From the human T2T-CHM13v2.0 reference genome, Homo sapiens, in NCBI RefSeq assembly GCF_009914755.1, contig NC_060945.1: 64,000 bases of DNA. The stretch is one strand, 5' to 3'. Each line of letters begins with the position of its first letter. Within the stretch, counting starts at the first letter, position 1. Below the pieces are notes generated by a model. The model worked only from the letters and a program-made list of their open reading frames with translations. It did no database searches and had not been told where the DNA came from. This document shows positions 60,028 through 64,000 of the stretch, piece after piece. The translations under genes were made by a program, and so were the position numbers.

Positions 60028-60390
60028 TGCTGTGGATTGAATATCATGCCCCAAAATTCATATTCAAAGCCCTGACCTCCAATATGACTGTATCTGGAGA
60101 ACTGGCCTTAGGGAGATAAGTTAAGTCAAATGAGATCATAAGAATGGGTATCCTTAAGAGGAAGAGACAACAGAGCATGTGTACGCTCTTTCTACATGCA
60201 CACAGAAGAGGCCGTGTGAGGACACAGCAAGAAGGTGGTTGTCCTACAAGCTAGGCAGAGAGCCCTAAGCAGAAGCCAACCCTGCTGACACCTTGATCTT
60301 GGACTTTCAGCCTCTAGAACTGTAAGGAAATACATTTCTCCTGTTAAAGCCACTGAGTCTGGTATGTTGCTGTGGCAGCCTAAGCAGACA
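60028..60390 (+). mobile_element. MLT1A LTR, flanked by MIR/L2 pieces
   Basis: tgctgtggattgaat...ccttgatcttggactttcagcctctagaactgtaag...gcctaagcagaca. Confidence 0.88.
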
Positions 60391-60487
60391 AGTAGGTACA
60401 ATAGGTAGTGGGGTGAGGGTTCTCATTTAGGAGGCCAAGCTCCAGAGTCTACGCTGTCAACCACAACACTATTATTTCTACATTTGA

Positions 60488-60817
<330 letters not shown>

Positions 60818-61299
60818 TAAATTTTGATCTTTATAACTGCTATAGTGTCTTACACCTAAAGATTGATAACATATTTTACAAAATAAAATGGAGTGCAAAT
60901 GAATGATCATAGCCAAAGGCATTCTGCACACCAGCACCTGGCCACCATTTGTCCCAAATTGCCACTCCCTTCTGCCTACCATTTCCACCCTCCGCTAGCT
61001 TTCCTTTTAAGCCTGTCCATTCTTACCTCATCTTCCACACAAATGGTGTTTATTCTCTGCCCAAATCTGGGGTCCTGGCTACCATCTTCAGAAAATTGCT
61101 TGCAGACACCAGGCAACCTTCATTTACTTTTAAGAAATCATGAGATAGCCCCAAATCAAATCTCAAACTGCAGGAAACTTCTTCAAATTCTCCCATTCTA
61201 TATTTGTATCTTCCTCCTCCAACAGTAAGAATCTGAATTCTCAACAACCTGTATATGTAGGCTCTCTCCTACAAAACATACAAAACACTTTCGGAACGG

Positions 61300-61695
61300 T
61301 CACATCCTTAACTCTACTGAGGAATTGCTTATGCAAGACTCAGACCTCACAGCTAAGGACCAGCAATTCCTCCAGTTGAAAAAGAAAATCCCATGTCACC
61401 TTATTTAGCCTGAGGGCTCCCAATAATGTACCAGTAGGTGATGGACCAATCACAAACTGCCCAATGCACTTGAAAGCCAATCAGAAAGCTTCCCTACTTC
61501 CAAAAATTCTACCTAATAGAACACTCACCAAGCAAAGATTATTTGTCTTAAGACTTCCTTCTTTTACTCTATAAAACCCACCCTCCTTTGACTTTTCACT
61601 AGGAGGAAAGTGATGGTAGCAGTCTTCCTTGTATGATCTCAATAAATAGCCTTTTGTTAATTCTACAGATGCACTTTGCCCTTTTGATACCAACA
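61300..61695 (+). mobile_element. Old LTR-like element, family undetermined
   Basis: Several CCAAT boxes, then ctataaaa (~61570), then caataaa (~61640), then a CA end: the U3-R-U5 order. Confidence 0.5.
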
Positions 61696-62056
61696 ACTAC
61701 AAACCTCTGAGGTAAAACTAAAAATTGCTTGCAATTCTTTTAAATCCTAGAATATTCCCACGAGGTTGTACAATCAAAACACTGTGTTCAAAAGTTACCT
61801 GAACTATTTTTTTTTCTATGTGGTTATGTTATCCATTGCATAAACAGTTAGGTTCCTTTGTTTCTATTTGTGTTTCCCTTTAGGGTTTGCTTTTGTCATT
61901 CTTTTTCTATTTTGTTTTTAAACTTGTAAGCCATTTAAATGGTTCAAAAATTTAGTCAGCACAAAAAGACATATTCAGAAAAGTCTCATTCCCATCCTAA
62001 ACTCCTTCTGCCCACCTCCAATGTGAGGTCATTTTTATTCATTTCTGCTAGATCCT

Positions 62057-62421
62057 TGATATGGTTTGGATTTGTGTCCCTGCCCAAATCTCATGTTGAA
62101 CTGTAATCCTCAATGTTGGAGGTGGCCTGGTGGAAGACGACTGGATCATGGAGGCAGATTTTCCTCTTTGGTGCTGTTCTCATGAGATTTTGTTTAAAAG
62201 TGTGTGGCATTTCCCTGACTCTCTCTCTCTTCCTCCTGCTCCAGCCATGTAAGACATACCTGCTTCCCCTTCCCCTTCTGCCATGATTGTAAATTTCCTG
62301 GGGCTTCCCCAGAATCTGATGCTATCATGCTTCCTGTACAGCCTGCAGATCTGTGAGCCAATTAAACCTCTTTTCTTTATAGATTACCCAGTCTATAGCA
62401 GTGAAAGAATGAACCAATACA
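62057..62421 (+). mobile_element. MSTA/THE1-family solo LTR
   Basis: tgatatggtttggatttgtgtcc...gccaattaaacctcttttcttt...aataca; TSD atcct. Confidence 0.92.
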
Positions 62422-62644
62422 ATCCTTCCTGTGTCTCCTTCTGTAAAAATAAGCAAAGCAAACATATATGCATACACGTTCTTGTTTCCCAGTCTTTTCC
62501 CATGGAAACAATGTTTCAGAACAAGAAACTGAATAATAGGTTCCTTCTGCTAAAGTAATTTGAAATCACTTAATGCATTCATTTCATTTTACAGAGCACA
62601 GTCTCCTCAATGAAGCCTAGGGGCCACACTACAGGAGTGGGAGG

Positions 62645-62815
62645 CACACAGGCCTGGGTTTGAATCTTGGCTGCTTGGAATGGCTGTGGGACCTAGGACA
62701 GGCTACTTCACCTCTCTCACTTCCTCATCAGTCACATGGGGAAAACAATGACCAGATTATAGGTGCTATCACATCAATGTGAAGCATCACATGTGAAAGT
62801 ACTCAACACATGGCT
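62645..62815 (+). mobile_element. MIR
   Basis: cctgggtttgaatcttggct...acttcacctctc...cttcctcatc. Confidence 0.7.
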
Positions 62816-63659
62816 CTGCCTGAGGACACCACTAGGGATGCTCTTAATTCCCTTCCTTTCCTTGGTCAAATGTAAAAGCAACAGCTGACCTTTCTTGTAG
62901 AATTAGCCTCATTGATCAATAGCGTTTGTCCCTTACATCATATGTTTTGTTGTTTGTTGATTCTTTCAAGTGGAATAAAAACCTCCACAGGGAAAGATCT
63001 GGTGATGCCATGTCTTGGCTTCCTATTGATGTCAGGGTTTACTTCACATATACTTGTTCTTTGGACATTTCAAAATACTCTTTGATGCGTGGTATTTAAA
63101 GAGTCGCCCTTCATTTCATTGTCCCTCATTATTCTGCATTTTTCAGGCACTGGTTCTTAACTTTTTGAGGCAAGGACCCTTTTGGGAATCTGATGAAACT
63201 CATAGATCCTCTTCTCTTAAAATATACATGCATTCCAAAGTTTCCCAATGATCAGGTGCTCATGAACTCACTAAAGCCCATAGGATCCCAGGTTCAAATA
63301 AAACAAAGGAAAGCAGAAGTAGAAGAATAAAACAACTCTTCCAGGGTTAAGTGCGTGCATGCATGTAATGGGGAGGAGGTTTAAGAAAAAGTAGGGAATA
63401 GGAAGAGGGAATTTACTTAAGCTGCAACTGGGTTATAGGAACCTCACACACTTTCACAGTATCCAGTGCTCACCCCATCAGAATCTTTTTCACCAAATTG
63501 TAACTGTCAATACTTGTCTGTATCTCTCTCAAGTCTGGGGATGGGGGTTTCTGTGGGCAGGAGCTCTGTCTTGGCCACAATTTTATCTCCATTCCATAGT
63601 ATAGTATTTGGCTATATGTCTAATAAATAATGGCTAAATGAGTAAAAAGACCCAGCTGG

Positions 63660-64000
63660 TAATAATTTCATTTATTTGTTCATCATGTATTTATTGAGAA
63701 TCTATTATGTGTCAGGCACTTTGATGGGTTCTGAGAACAGAATGATGACTTGGTCCTCGGATTCATTGGATGTATAGTCTACTGAGAATCCGAATAAATA
63801 TAAAGTTACTCCTGTGATAAATGCAATGAAGTAAAGGTGGATTATCCTATGAGACTGTAAAAAAGGACTGTATTTGGTCTTGTGTGCAAATTAGTAAAAA
63901 TGTCTCCCTGAGGATGTGACATTTGAGCTAAGATTTGAAGGATGGATAAGGCAACGTGTGGGGTAAGGGTGAATGCCCTACAAGCAGAGGGAACAGCATT
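63660..64000 (-). mobile_element. L2 3' end
   Basis: catttatttgttcatcatgtatttattgag...gtgtcaggcact...gtgacatttgagctaaga...gagggaacagca. Confidence 0.8.

Overview
Human genomic DNA. The window is recognisable as the 3' end of KCNJ6 (GIRK2/Kir3.2, chr21q22) on the minus strand, plus downstream intergenic DNA. The only supported protein-coding sequence is the last KCNJ6 coding exon (47854-47529, ending ...ENESKV*). It is followed by a proximal poly(A) signal (~46960) and a well-formed distal one (~29790), which imply a 3'UTR of up to ~17.8 kb. Positions 47855-64000 are intron. The rest is mostly interspersed repeats: many Alus (two very young ones, Ya5-like and Yb8-lineage), old L1/L2/MIR fragments, Tigger2 and hAT elements, and a dense ERV cluster at 10-26 kb. 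That cluster includes a 3'-deleted HERV-H with an intact LTR7, tRNA-His PBS and splice donor. I found no convincing new biological system. The best leads are the orphan LTR7/HERV-H promoter, the long alternative 3'UTR and its contents, a tailless 5S rRNA retrocopy, a local ~320-bp duplication carrying AP-1 sites and an unidentified TSD-flanked insert. Repeat subfamily names come from remembered consensus sequences, and boundaries are approximate unless TSDs are given.
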